A stretch of DNA of 64,000 bases from Mobula hypostoma (lineage: Eukaryota): positions 36,642,001 to 36,706,000 of the forward strand of contig NC_086112.1 of NCBI RefSeq assembly GCF_963921235.1, given 5' to 3'. The translations under genes were made by a program, and so were the position numbers. Below, one piece after another: positions 13,818-25,944 of the stretch. Every line of letters begins with the position of its first letter. Position 1 is the first letter of the stretch. The notes under the pieces are model-generated. The model ran no database searches and was not told the DNA's origin. It saw only the letters and a program-made list of their open reading frames with translations.

Positions 13818-16800
13818 GTACCCCCCCCCCACCCCTCCCATGGACACCTCCTGGTGTCACGGCAGGTAGAGCTGGGTGCTGGCGATGAAAGCCCCTGATA
13901 AGAGAGGGGTCCAGAATGTTATGCGTGGGGACCCAGCACCTCTCCTCAGGACCGTAGCCCTCCCAGTCCACAAGGTACTGGAGGCCACGGCCCCAGTGTC
14001 AAACGTCCAGCAGTCTACACACCGTAAAGGCCTCTGACCCATTGATGAGCTGTGGGGGAGGGGCAAGTTTGGGGACAGAACACAGTGGGTGGCTGATGAA
14101 AGGCTTGATGCGGGATACATGGAAGGTGGGACAAATGCGACGGAGAGTGGAGGGGAGCTTGAGACGGACGGCAGCAGGGCTGACGACTTTAGCAAAGAGA
14201 AAGGGGCTGATAAATCGAGGGGCTAGCTTGCAGGAATCCACCTTGAGGGGCAGGTCTCAGGTTGAAAGCCACACATGCTGTCCCTGGCGGCCACATGGGG
14301 CCTTGGAGCGGTGGCAGTCAGCTTGATGCTTGATCCTAGCAGAGGCATGGAGAAGGGCAGAGCGAGTGTGCCTCCACGTCTGCTGACAACGGCGGTTGAA
14401 TGCCTTGGCAGATGGAACGCCAACCTCCTCCTCCTGGGCAGGAAACAGTGGAGGCTGGTAGCCAAGGCAGCACTCGAAAGGGGACAGACCGGTGGATGAG
14501 GACGGATGAGAATTTATGGCGTACTCGGCCCAAGGTAGCTGCTGACTCCACACAGAGGGGTTCTGGGAGACCAGACACCACAATACTGTCTCTAGCTGTT
14601 GGGTGGCCCGCTCAGTCTGGCCATTGGTCTGTGAGTGGAATCCTGAAGACAGACTCGCAGAGGCAACCAGAAAATTACAGAATGCCCTCCAGAAGCTGGA
14701 TGCGAATTGAGAGCCCTTGTCTGATACAACATCTAGAGGTAAACCATGTAACTTGCAGTACTAGTAATATGGCTGTTTCTTTGGCCGAGGGGCGTTTAGG
14801 TAGTGTACAGACTTGGAGAAACAATCAACTACTGTGAGAATGGTGGTATTATCATCTGATGGGGGAAGATCGGTGACAAAATTCAGGGCAATGTGGGACC
14901 AGGGTCTCTTGGGGATAGAGAGGGGTTGTAACAGACCAGCAGGTGACTGGTTAGAGTTCTCGCCTTGAACACAGACTGAGCAGGCTGAGACAAAGTTGCG
15001 AATGTCATCTCCCATGGAGAGCCACCAGAACCGCCGACTGATGAAGGCCTGAGTACGTTTGGTTCCAGGGTGACAGGATAACCAGGAAGAACGCAATACC
15101 TGTGAGCGGAGAGAGCTGGGAACATAAACACAGCTAGTGGGGCATTGACTAGGGGCTGCCTCGTTCTGTTGCACCATGGCTTCAATGTCCCATTGCACTG
15201 CACCCAATAGACAGCAAGCAGGGAGGATGGCATCGGGTACCTCAGGGGTCTCAGAGGAAGGAAATCTTTGGGAGAGGGCATCAGGTTTTCCATTCTTGGA
15301 ACTGGAGTGGAAGGACAGAGTAGAATTGAATCTTGAGGAAAAACAAGGACCAATGAGCTTGACGGGAGTTGAGACACTTGGCCGTATGGATACATTCCAG
15401 ATTCTTGGGATTAGTCCAGACTAAGAATAGCAACTTTGCTCCTTCCAGCCAAAGCCTCCACTCCTCCAGAGCTAGCTTCACAGCCGGCAGCTCCTGGTTT
15501 CCAACATCGTAATTCTGCTCCGAGGGAGTGAGGCAGTGAGAGAAGGCGACGCAGGGTGTACCTTCTCATCCTTGGCCAAGCGCTGAGAGAGAACAGCTCC
15601 TACACAAATGTCAGATGCATCCACCTCTACAATGAACTGCCGGTCGGTGTTGGGTTGAAGCAGAATGGGGGCAGAGGTGAAACGTTCCTTCAGGTCAGGG
15701 AATGCTTTTTCAGCAGCAGGGGACCAGGAGGATCTGACAGCAGATGAGGTAAGAGCAGTGAGTGGTGCAGCCAGTGTACTGTAATTTCTGATGAAGCAGC
15801 GATAGAAGTTAGCGAAGCCCAAGAAGTGTTGTAACTCCCGACGAATCAAAGGTTGGGGCCATTTGACCACTGCCTTGACCTTCTGTTGGTCCATCAGAAT
15901 GGAACCGCCTGAAATTACACTCCCCAGGAAGGAGACTGTATTGCGATGAAACTCACATTTCTCAGCCTTTACAAAGAGCTGGTTCTCCAGAAGGCACTGG
16001 AGAACTCTGCGGACTTGACCTGTGTGTTTAGCGAGGGACTTGGGAAAAAAAAATCAAAATGTCATCGAGATACACAAAAACAAATTGGTTCAGCATGTCT
16101 GAGTACGTCATTTACCAGGGCTTGGAAGACGGCAGGAGCATTGGTGAGACCGAATGGTATGACCAGATACTCGTAATGGCCTGAGGTGGTGTTGAAGGCC
16201 GTCTTCCACTCGTCCCCTTCGCGGATGCGGACAAGATGGTAGGCGTTACAGAGATCAAGCTTGGTGAAAACTGAGGGTCCTTGTAGGAGTTCAACTGCTG
16301 AGGTCATGAGCAGAAGAGGGTAACGGTTCTTAACAGTGATTTCATTCAGTCCCTGGTAATCAATGCATGGATGCAAGGAGCTGTCCTTCATTTTCAACAA
16401 AGAAAAAAACAGCACCAGCATGGGAGGAAGACGGCCAGATGATGCCTGCAGCCAGAGACTCTTGAATGTACTTATTCATGGCTTCTGTTTCAGGTACAGA
16501 TAGGGAATACAGGCAGCCCCTTGGGGGAGATGTGCCAGGCAAGAGGTCAATGACGCAATCATATGGACGATGAGGTGGCAGGGAAGTGGCCTGGGACTTG
16601 TTGAACAAAGCCTTGAGGTCTATGTATTCAGGAGCGATGGCACTAAGGTCCAGAAATTCCTCGGGGGTATCTGAGCTTGGAGACAAGGGGATCTGAGCAT
16701 GGCAGAGGCAGTGGGAGTGACTGAATGGGCTCCAGCCTACAATCTTGCGACTGAGCCAGTCAGTGTTGGGGATGTGTTTAACTAACCAGGGATGGCCCGG

Positions 16801-18139
16801 GACAATGGGAGCTTCAGAAGAGTCAATAACATAAAGGGCTAACTGTTAATGATGGTTGCCGGATAAACTGAGACTCACTGGGGCCGTGAAGTGGGTGATG
16901 TTAGCCAGTCTCTGACCATTCAAGGGATTGGCCATCAATGGTGACTGGAGAGCAGACGTGAGTAATCTCCACTGGGCAGCCAAGCTGGAATCAATAAAAC
17001 ACCCCTCTGCACCAGAATCAACCAAGACGGAGACTGCTTGGCGTTGAATGCCCCACTCCAGAGAAACGAGTATGAAAGTAAGTGGTGTCAAGGAGGGCAG
17101 GACAGGGATCACGCTCACCAGTACTCCTCATCCTACTGGTGAGCGCTGGCTTTTACTGGGCAGGTGGAGATGAAATGGCCTGGTTGGCCACAGTACAGAT
17201 AGGAATGAGTGCTGACTCTCCTTTGATTTTCAGTTGGCGTCAGGCAGGTAAAGTCAACATGCATAGCCTTGGGCTTTGGAACGGGAATTGTAGATGGAGG
17301 CAAATGGCAGAGCAATGTAGACTGACAAGGAGCTTGGAACTCACCCAGTGCCCCCAGGACCCTCTGGAACCCCTCCCTCTGTGGCGCTGCTGAAGGTGAA
17401 CATCAATACGGATGACCAAATCCACTTGGGCTTCAAGGGTGGCAGGAAGGTCCTGGGTGACCAGCTCATCTTTGATGTCTTTGGAGAAGCCCTTCAGGAA
17501 GGTGTTGTACTGTGCCTCAGTTTCAGCCGCTGGAGGTGGCTAAGGTCTGGAACTCTATGGCATAATTTGACACAGGTCTGTGCCTCTGGTGCATGTGCAG
17601 CATTTCATGGGCAGCCTCTCTCCCATGTTTGGAGCGATCCAACACTTTTCTCATCTCCTCAGAAAATAACTGAAAACTACTGCAAAAAGGGGAGCCTGCC
17701 TCCCAAACAGCTGTTCCCCATTCTCTCGTCCAACCGGACAGTTGGGTGATGAAGTAGGCTACCTTGGCTTGATCAGTCAGAAATGTTGTTGGTTGCAATT
17801 CAAAAATGAGGGTGCACTGGGGAAAGAAAAGAGCGGCAGGTACCCAGCTCACCTGAGTACTTTTCTGGAGAAGGCAGACGGGGCTCTTGGACAGGAGGAG
17901 CATGCGAGGATGCGGAGGGCAGGGCAGAAGATGCAGTCGCAGAATGTTGATGGGTGCTCTGGGACAGCTGGAGTGACTGAGTCTGGGCCACAAGATCGGC
18001 TACATTGGCAGAAAGCGACCCCACTGCCCTGAACACGGAGTCCAGCTGGTTCTGGTGTCTCCCCAGCATCACTCCCTATTGTTCCAGGGCAGCTCATAGA
18101 TGACAGGGGTCTGCTGCATCCATTCTGGCCAGATTGTAC

Positions 18140-18537
18140 TGTCAAGGTGCTGAAGCAGGGACCCAGTTGCAGACCAGGTATTGTGCACACAGTGATATTA
18201 ATTGAGTAACAAATCCCAAGATGCAAATAAAGTCAGTGTCAAAGTTCAGGCAGAGATCAAAACATCCAGAGAAATCCAAAAACCAGAATCTGACCGAGTT
18301 GATATTCAGATAGCGTACAGATACAAATACTGGAAAGGTTTAGGGAAATTCACCGACACAATCTGGCAACAAACAGGTGAAAAAACAGGTCTGAAATACA
18401 CTGAGCAATAAACAGAGAGGCAGATGATAGGTAGAGCACAATCAGACACAGGTGGCAGCAATACAGGTAACAATGAGAAACAGGTGAGAGATGGAGTACT
18501 CAATAATACAGGGGCCAGAGTAGAGCAGGAGCACATG
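18140..18537 (-). repeat. 5' LTR of the Gypsy element, truncated by a LINE
   Basis: Homologous to 13344-13747 and stops abruptly at gagcacatg. Confidence 0.85.
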
Positions 18538-20700
18538 TCAGAGTGGTTTTAGAAAGGGAAGGAATTCCATGGACTCAGTGATTATGTTAGAGACTGAAAT
18601 AAGGAAGGCCCAGGGAAATAGAGAGTCAGTAGTGGCAGTGTTCTTTGACATTGAAAAAGCCTATGATATGATGTGGAAGGAAGGATTATTAATTAAACTG
18701 CACAAGATAGGGGTTGGTGGGAGAGTTTTTAATTGGATTAAAGATTTTTTGTTTGGTAGAAGAATTCAAGTTCAGATTGGATCAGAATTATCAAAACAGT
18801 ACATAGTGGAAAATGGCACACCTCAAGGTAGTGTGATTAGCCTGTTACTTTTCATCATTATGATCAATGATGTCTTCACAAAGGTACCAGTGGATATAGG
18901 TAGGTCACTGTTTGCGGATGATGGGGCCTTGTGGAAAAGAGGCAGGAACATGGACCATATAATCAGGAAACTACAAGAAGCAATTGATGAAGTGGTGGAG
19001 TGGGGTTATGATTGGGGATGTAGATTTTCAGTAGACAAAACTCAAACTGTATTTTTTACCAGGAAAAGGGTTGAGGTAGGGAAGAAGTTAAGGATGTATG
19101 GGGTTGAATTAGAAAGGGTTGCATCATTTAAATTTCTGGGAGTTATATTTGATTCACGATTAACATGGGCAGACCATATCAGGAAAGTTGAGGAGAAATG
19201 TAAAAAAGTAATAAATGTGATGAGATGTTTGACTGGTAGGGAATGGGGAGCAAGTTGTTCAGCTTTGAAGAGAATGTATGTGGCTTTAGTAAGATCTGTA
19301 TTGGACTATGGAAATATAGTATATGGATCAGCAGCTAGGTCTTTTATAAGGAAACTGGATGTGATTCAGGCTCAGGCCTTGAGAGTGTGCAGTGGGGCTT
19401 TTAAAATGTCACCGGTGTCAGCCCTACAGGTAGAAATGGGAATAATGCCTTTGGAACTAAGAAGGATGCAACTGATGGCAAACTACTGGGCTAACTTGCA
19501 GGGGCACAATGATTCTCACCCTACTAAAGGAGTGTTGCAGGAGTGCTGGGAAAATGGGAGGTTTCAGAGGGATACCTTTAGTCGGGTAGGGAATGATATC
19601 GTGAAAGAATGTGGAGTATTTGATCTGAGGATAAGTCCTTCAGTAGTTTATCCGGTTGTAGCTCCATGGAAGCTTGTATGGCCTGACATAGACTGGCATT
19701 TGTTAGAGGTAAAAAGGAAAGAAAGATATAAAACAGATTTGGTAAATGCATTTAACTGTCATGTGATGGAAAAGTATAGTGTTTATACTCACATTTATAC
19801 AGATGGTGCGAAGGAACCTGAAACAGGAGTGACAGGGTTTGGGGTGGTAATACCAGCAAAAGAAATTGGAATCAGCAGAACATCTAATAAGTTAGGGGTG
19901 TTTACAGTGGAGATGCTGGCAGTGTTGGTTGTGTTGCAATGGGTGCAGAAAGCCAGACAAGCCAAAGCATTGATATGTTCAGATTCATCCTCAGTTCTAG
20001 CAAGTTTAAGGTCTTTTCACACAAACAGTTGGCAAGATGTACTTTATGAAGTCCTTCAGTTAGTTACAAGAATTGCAAATCAGGGAGGTCAGGTAAAATT
20101 TCTATGGGTTCCAGCACATGTAGGGGTGAAGGGGAATGAGAGGGTGGATGAGTTGGCAAAGAGGGCGTTAAAGAAAGAAAATGTGGAAATGTGCATTAGT
20201 ATCAGTAAAGCAGAGGTTAAGTGTGTAATCTGGGAAAAAATCAACTGAATGTGGCAAGAAAGATGGGACAGGGAGGGGAAAGGGAGGCATTTATATCAAA
20301 TACAAAAGAGTGTTGCAGTTACTAGGGTAGGTAATGGAAACAGAAGAGAGGAAATTGTGTGGACTAGGTTAAGGCTGGGGCATTGTGCATTAAACAAAAC
20401 ATTGAAAATGATAGGGAAACACCAGACAGGATTGTGTGAGGAAAGTCAGGAAGAGGAGTCAGTAGAACATGTAGTTTTGTGTTGCAGGAAGTATGGGATA
20501 CAGAGAAAGATGATGAGAAATAAATTAAGGGAGTTGGGGATGCAGGAATTCACATTAAAAGGGTTGCTGGGTATGGGTGAGAGAGCACGTCCGGGTATTT
20601 TTAGCGTTTTTAAGGGGTACAGGGTTTTTTTATAGAATATGACGAATAAACAGGAATAGGATACTAGGATGGTCAAAGATGGGAGGGTGAAGTGTAGGTT
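18538..20700 (+). mobile_element. I-group (Nimb-like) LINE, 5'-truncated: RT + RNase H + C-terminal Cys/His motif
   Basis: QSGFRKGR...FFDIEKAYD...GTPQGSVIS...LFADD; RNase H IYTDGAK...ICSDS...WVPAHVGVKGNERVDELAK; RLRLGH...ESVEHVVLCC. One in-frame stop at 20246-20248. Confidence 0.88.
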
Positions 20701-20743
20701 TGTGTGTGTGTATATATATATTTAATATATATATAAGTTTAAT

Positions 20744-23700
20744 AGAGCTGTTAGGGAGGGTTTAAACTAATTTGGCAGGGGGATGGGAAACAGGATGATA
20801 GAGCGGAGGAAGGGGAAAACAGAAATAAATCTAAGATAGTGAGCAGTAAAGATGTCAGGAAAGACAGGCAGGTGATGGGGCAAATGTGTAGCCATTGGGA
20901 TGAGTTGCAGTGAACTCAAAGCAAAAAGTATCAAATACTGGTCTTAAGGTGTTGTATTTAAATGCACGCAGCATAAGGAATAAGGTGGATGATCTTGCTG
21001 TACAGCTACAGATTGGCAGGTATGATATTGTGGCCATCACTGAGACCTGGCTAAAGGATGCATGTCTCTGGGAGCTGAATGTCCAAGGATACATGGTGTA
21101 TCGGAAGGATAGGAAGGTAGGCAGAGGGGGAGGCGTGGCTTTATTGGTAAGAAATGATATTAAATCATTAGAAAGAGGTGATATAGGATCGGAAGGTGCA
21201 GAATCTTTAAGGGTTGAGCTAAGGAATAGCAGGGGTAAAAGGACTCTGATGGCAGTTATTTATAGGCCTCCAAACAGCTGCAGGGATGTGGACTACAAAT
21301 TACAACAGGAAATAGAAAAGGCTTGTTGGAAGGGCAGTGTTATGATGATTATGGGGGATTTTAACATGCGAGTAGATTGGAAAAATCAGGTCGGCACTGG
21401 ATCTCAAGAGAGAGAATTTGTAGAATGTCTGCGAGATGGCTTTTTAGAACAGCTTGTTGTTGAGCCCACTAGGGGATTGGCTGTACTGGATTGGGTATTG
21501 TGTAATGAACCGGAGGTGATTGGAGAGATTGAGGTGAAGGAACCCTTAAGAGGCAGTGATCATAACATGATTGAGTTCACTGTGAAATTAGAAAAAGAGA
21601 AGCCAAAATCTGATGCGTCGGTGTTTCAGTGGAGTAAAGGAAATTACGGTGGCATGAGAGAGGAACTGGCCAAAGTTGACTGGAAAGGGACACTGGCGGG
21701 AAAGATGGCAGAGCAGCAGTGGCTGGAGTTTATGCAAGAAATGATGAATGTGCAAGGCAGGTATATTCCAAAAAAGAAGAGATTTTCGAGAGGAAAAAGG
21801 ATGCAACCGTGGTTGACAAGAGAAGTCAAAGCCAAAGTTAAAGCAAAGGAGAGGGCATACAAGGAAGCAAAAATTAGTGGGAAGACAGAGGATTGGGAAG
21901 TTTTTAAAACCTTACAAAAGGAAACCAAGAAGGTCATTAAGAGGGAAAGGATTAACTATGAAAGGAAGCTAGCAAATAATATCAAAGAGGACACTAAAAG
22001 CTTTTTCAAGTATATAAAGAGTAAAAGACAGGTGAGAGTAGATATAGGACCGATAGAAAATGATACTGGAGAAATTGTAATGGGAGATGAGGAGATGGCA
22101 GAGGAACTAAGTATTTTGCATCAGTCTTCACTGAGGAAGACAGCAGGTTACCGGACACTCAAGGGTGGCAGGGAAGAGAAGTGTGCGCAGTCACAATTAC
22201 GACAGAGAAAGTACTCAGGAAGCTGAATAGGCTAAAGGTCGATAAATCTCCTGGACCAGATGGAATGCACCCTCGTGTTCTGAAGGAAGTAGCTGTGGAG
22301 ATTGCGGAGGCATTAGCGATGATCTTTCAAAAGTCGATAGATTCTGGCATGGTTCCGGAAGACTGGAAGATTGCAAATGTCACTCCGCTATTTAAGAAGG
22401 GGGCAAAGAAGCAAAAAGGAAATTATAGACCTGTTAGCTTGACGTCGGTGGTTGGGAAGTTGTTGGGAGTCGATTGTCAAGGATGAGGTTACAGAGTACC
22501 TGGAGGCATATGACAAGATAGGCAGAACTCAGCATGGATTCCTTAAAGGAAAATTCTGCCTGACAAACCTATTACAATTTTTTGAGGAAATTACCAGTAG
22601 GCTAAACAAGGGAGATGCAGTGGATGTTGTATATTTGGATTTTCAGAAGGCCTTTAACAAGGTGCCACACATGAGGCTACTTAACAAGATAAGAGCCCAT
22701 GGAATTACAGGAAAGTTACATACATGGATAGAGCGTTGGCTGATTGGCAGGAAAAAGAGAGTGGGAATAAAGGGATCCTATTCTGGTTGGCTGCTGGTTA
22801 CCAGTGGTGTTCCACAGAGATCAGTGTTGGGGCCGCTTCTTTTTACATTGTACATCAACGATTTGGATTATGGAATAGATCGCTTTGTGGCTAAGTTTGC
22901 TGACGATACGAAGATAGGTGGAGGGGCCAGTAGTGCTGAGGAAATGGAGAGTCTGCAGAGAGACTTGGATAGATTGGAAGAATGGGCAGAGAAGTGGCAA
23001 ATGAAGTACAATGTTGGAAAGTGTATGGTTATGCACTTTGGCAGAAAAAATAAACGGGCAGACTATTATTTAAATGGGGAAAGAATTCAAAGTTCTGAGA
23101 TGCAATGGGATTTGGGAGTCCTCGTACAGGATTCCCTTAAAGTTAACCTCCAGGTTGAGTCAGTAGTGAAGAAGGCGAATGCAATGTTGGCATTCATTTC
23201 TAGAGGAATAGAGTATAGGAGCAGGGATGTGATGTTGAGGCTCTATAAGGCACTGGTGAGACCACACTTGGAGTACTGTGGGCAGTTTTGGGCTCCTTAT
23301 TTAAGAAAGGATGTGCTGACGTTGGAGAGGGTACAGAGAAGATTCACTAGAATGATTCCGAGAATGAGAGCGTTAACATATGAGGAATGTTTGTCCGCTC
23401 TTGGACTGTATTCCTTGGAGTTTAGAAGAATGAGGGGAGACCTCATAGAAACATTTCGAATGTTAAAAGGCATGGACAGAGTGGATGTGGCAAAGTTGTT
23501 TCCCATGATGGGGGAGTCTAGTACGAGAGGGCATGACTTCAGGATTGAAGGGCGCCCTTTCAGAACAGAAATGTGAAGAAATTTTTTTAGTCAGAGGGTG
23601 GTGAATCTATGGAATTTGTTGCCACGGGCAGCAGTGGAGGCCAAGTCATTGGGTGTATTTAAGGCAGAGATTGATAGGTATCTGAGTAGCCAGGGCATCA

Positions 23701-23824
23701 AAGGTTATGGTGAGAAGGCGGGGAAGTGGGACTAAATAGGAAAAAATGGATCAGCTCATGATAAAATGGCGGAGCAGACTCGATGGGCCGAATGGCCTAC
23801 TTCTACTCCTTTGTCTTATGGTCT
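20744..23824 (+). mobile_element. CR1 LINE: ORF1 tail, full ORF2 (APE + RT) with two frameshifts and one stop, and 3' UTR
   Basis: RAVREGLN* ORF1 end; YLNARSIRNK, AITETWL, MGDFN, SDHN endonuclease motifs; KSPGPDG, YLDFQKAF, KFADD; typical gatgggccgaatggcct 3' end. Confidence 0.93.
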
Positions 23825-25781
23825 AAATGTATTAATAAGATATAATACACAGAAATCAAAATGAGATTAAGTAAATATAGGTTCTGTAATCTTTATTAAA
23901 TCTGTTTTCAAGATTTGCATTTTAAAGCAATCACAGTTAAACACCATCTTGAAAGTTAATTCACACAAATTCTTCACAGTTGTATTCAATAACCATATGT
24001 AACTTCAACTAAACACTAACAAAAAGATAGTAAGGCAAATGTGGACTTTGCTTTGACTAATAGTTTTTGTATTCTGCCCAAAGTTGTCTTGTAGCTACCA
24101 TAGTGTTATAAATAGAATATGAGAAGTTATAAAGTGTGTGCTACATGGACAGTAAACAGATTACAGACTTAGATTACCTAACTGTAGTATACTCAAAAAT
24201 TTTAATAGGACTGATATCAGAATAGGAACAATGTACAAATGTAATTTTTATCTGGGCCTTTGAGGAGCAAGGAGACAAAAGAATTAGATATTGAAATGGT
24301 GGCGAATTATACAGCAGGGTGGAGAAGAAAATTAAACCTGAGTAACGACTAGGCTGGGTTTTATTTTGGATGGTATAGACAAAACAATGCTAAAATATAC
24401 TATCAGACAAAGCTTAATCTTAAGTACAAAAATGTACAGAGAGGTGCAATGCAGTGCAATTGAATCAAATGTGAGTATAGAACTGGGATGGATACAAAGG
24501 ACAGGCTATAATGGTGGTGGGAAAGAAGATCTAATAGAAAAGAAAAATAAAGTAGATTTGGGATAGGTTAAAATATTTGAAATGAAAAAGATATAGACTG
24601 GGAAATAGGTGAGTGAAAGGAAAGATATTCTGATGAACAGAAAGGGAATAAATCATAAGATATAGGAGCAGAATTAGAACATTTGGCTCATTGAGTTGCT
24701 CTGCCGTTTGATCATAGCTGATTCATGTTCCCTCTCTACTTCACTCTCTTCCCTTCTCCCCATAATCTTTGATACCCTTACTATCCAAGAACCTGTCAAC
24801 CTCCACTTTAAATATACCCATTGACTTGTCTTCCACTGCCAACTGTGGTAATGAATTCTGCAGAATCAGCACACTCTGGCCAAATAAATTCCTCCTGTTC
24901 TAAAGGGAGTTAAAGGAGTATGATAGGTATGTTAATTATCAACTGTGATGGAAATAAGGAGAATGGAAAGCAGAGTTGGTGCATAAATAATTATACCTGT
25001 GTGGGGCAAAACTTATTTATAACTGAGATCCAATACTTACTTTAAATATAGTATAATTTATGTTTGGTTCTTAGGTTGTCATATACGGGGGGGGGGCAGT
25101 GGGGATAAACTCCCATTACCTATTAAATGCTCTCAACTCAAATAGCCATGGACAACGAAGTTCAGTTCCTGGTTTTCACGTATGGCTTAGCTACTAAGCC
25201 TCGTGGAATTGCTTCTACTGGCAGGAGAGGGGGCAAAAGTGGGTTACTGGTGCCTTAAAACCAGTCACTACAGGCAGATGGGGCTCATCAGCCGTGGTTG
25301 GCAGCTCATCTAAGAGAAGGAAAACTCTGATCTCAAACCTCCACTGCTTTGTGGCTATACCCTCTCATGGGGAAGTCTTAGTGCTGGTAACAAACTGTAT
25401 CGGTCTTTGCCGTTCCCTTTGGATTCATCAGCTGTGTGGAGAGGGACAGCCTACTGCATGGGAAATAGCTTGTTCTCTTACATACTAGCTTGCAAATCAC
25501 GTAGGCAGCCAGCATGCAATACCCATGGTCAACCTCGATCAACTAAGGGCCTCACAATTTAGGCTTGAAGAAAAGCATAGATACTTAAGTTTAAAATGAT
25601 GGTGCGAGAACTTGCAGCATTACAGGTGCCCAGCTGAGAAAAATAATTGTCTTCAAAGGAGAGTGATCTGAAAAACAAAACCTAGGCTTTGTAGAATATA
25701 CAGCTCTGTGGACTGGTTGAGTACCACACTGCAGCCTGAAACTTGGTGTGAGTCAGTAATAGGACTGGTATGTCACTGTAT

Positions 25782-25944
25782 AAGCCAGCTGGTGGTGTAG
25801 TGGCATCAGCACCAGACTTTGGAGCGAAGGCTCCCGAGTGCTAATCCAGCCAGCTCCCTGAGCGTCGAGCTAGCAACTCGGCCTCATAAAAATAAGAAAG
25901 CCTGCTAAAAAAAACGCCCCTTGGAGTTAAGGGCTTTCTTCTTC
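25782..25944 (+). mobile_element. Short tRNA-derived SINE
   Basis: A-box tggtgtagtgg, decayed B-box, (ttc)n tail, 12-bp TSD atgtcactgtat (25770-25781 / 25945-25956). Confidence 0.7.

Larger units (their letters stand above)
13344..18537 (-). mobile_element. Gypsy/Ty3 chromovirus (Sushi/Tf1-like) LTR retrotransposon, frameshifted
   Basis: Gag with xxxCGQPGHFISTC knuckle, protease LVDSGAEG, RT (FTKLDL...[17 protein letters not shown]...[12 protein letters not shown]), RNase H (VEVDASD), integrase (PWSHIALNFVTDLPPS), chromodomain ([14 protein letters not shown]). G-run PPT next to the 3' LTR. Confidence 0.93.

Noticed and set aside
17133-18123. PEG10/RTL1-like domesticated gag gene
   Set aside because: It is frameshifted, flanked by LTRs and followed by a decayed pol, so it is a transposon relic.
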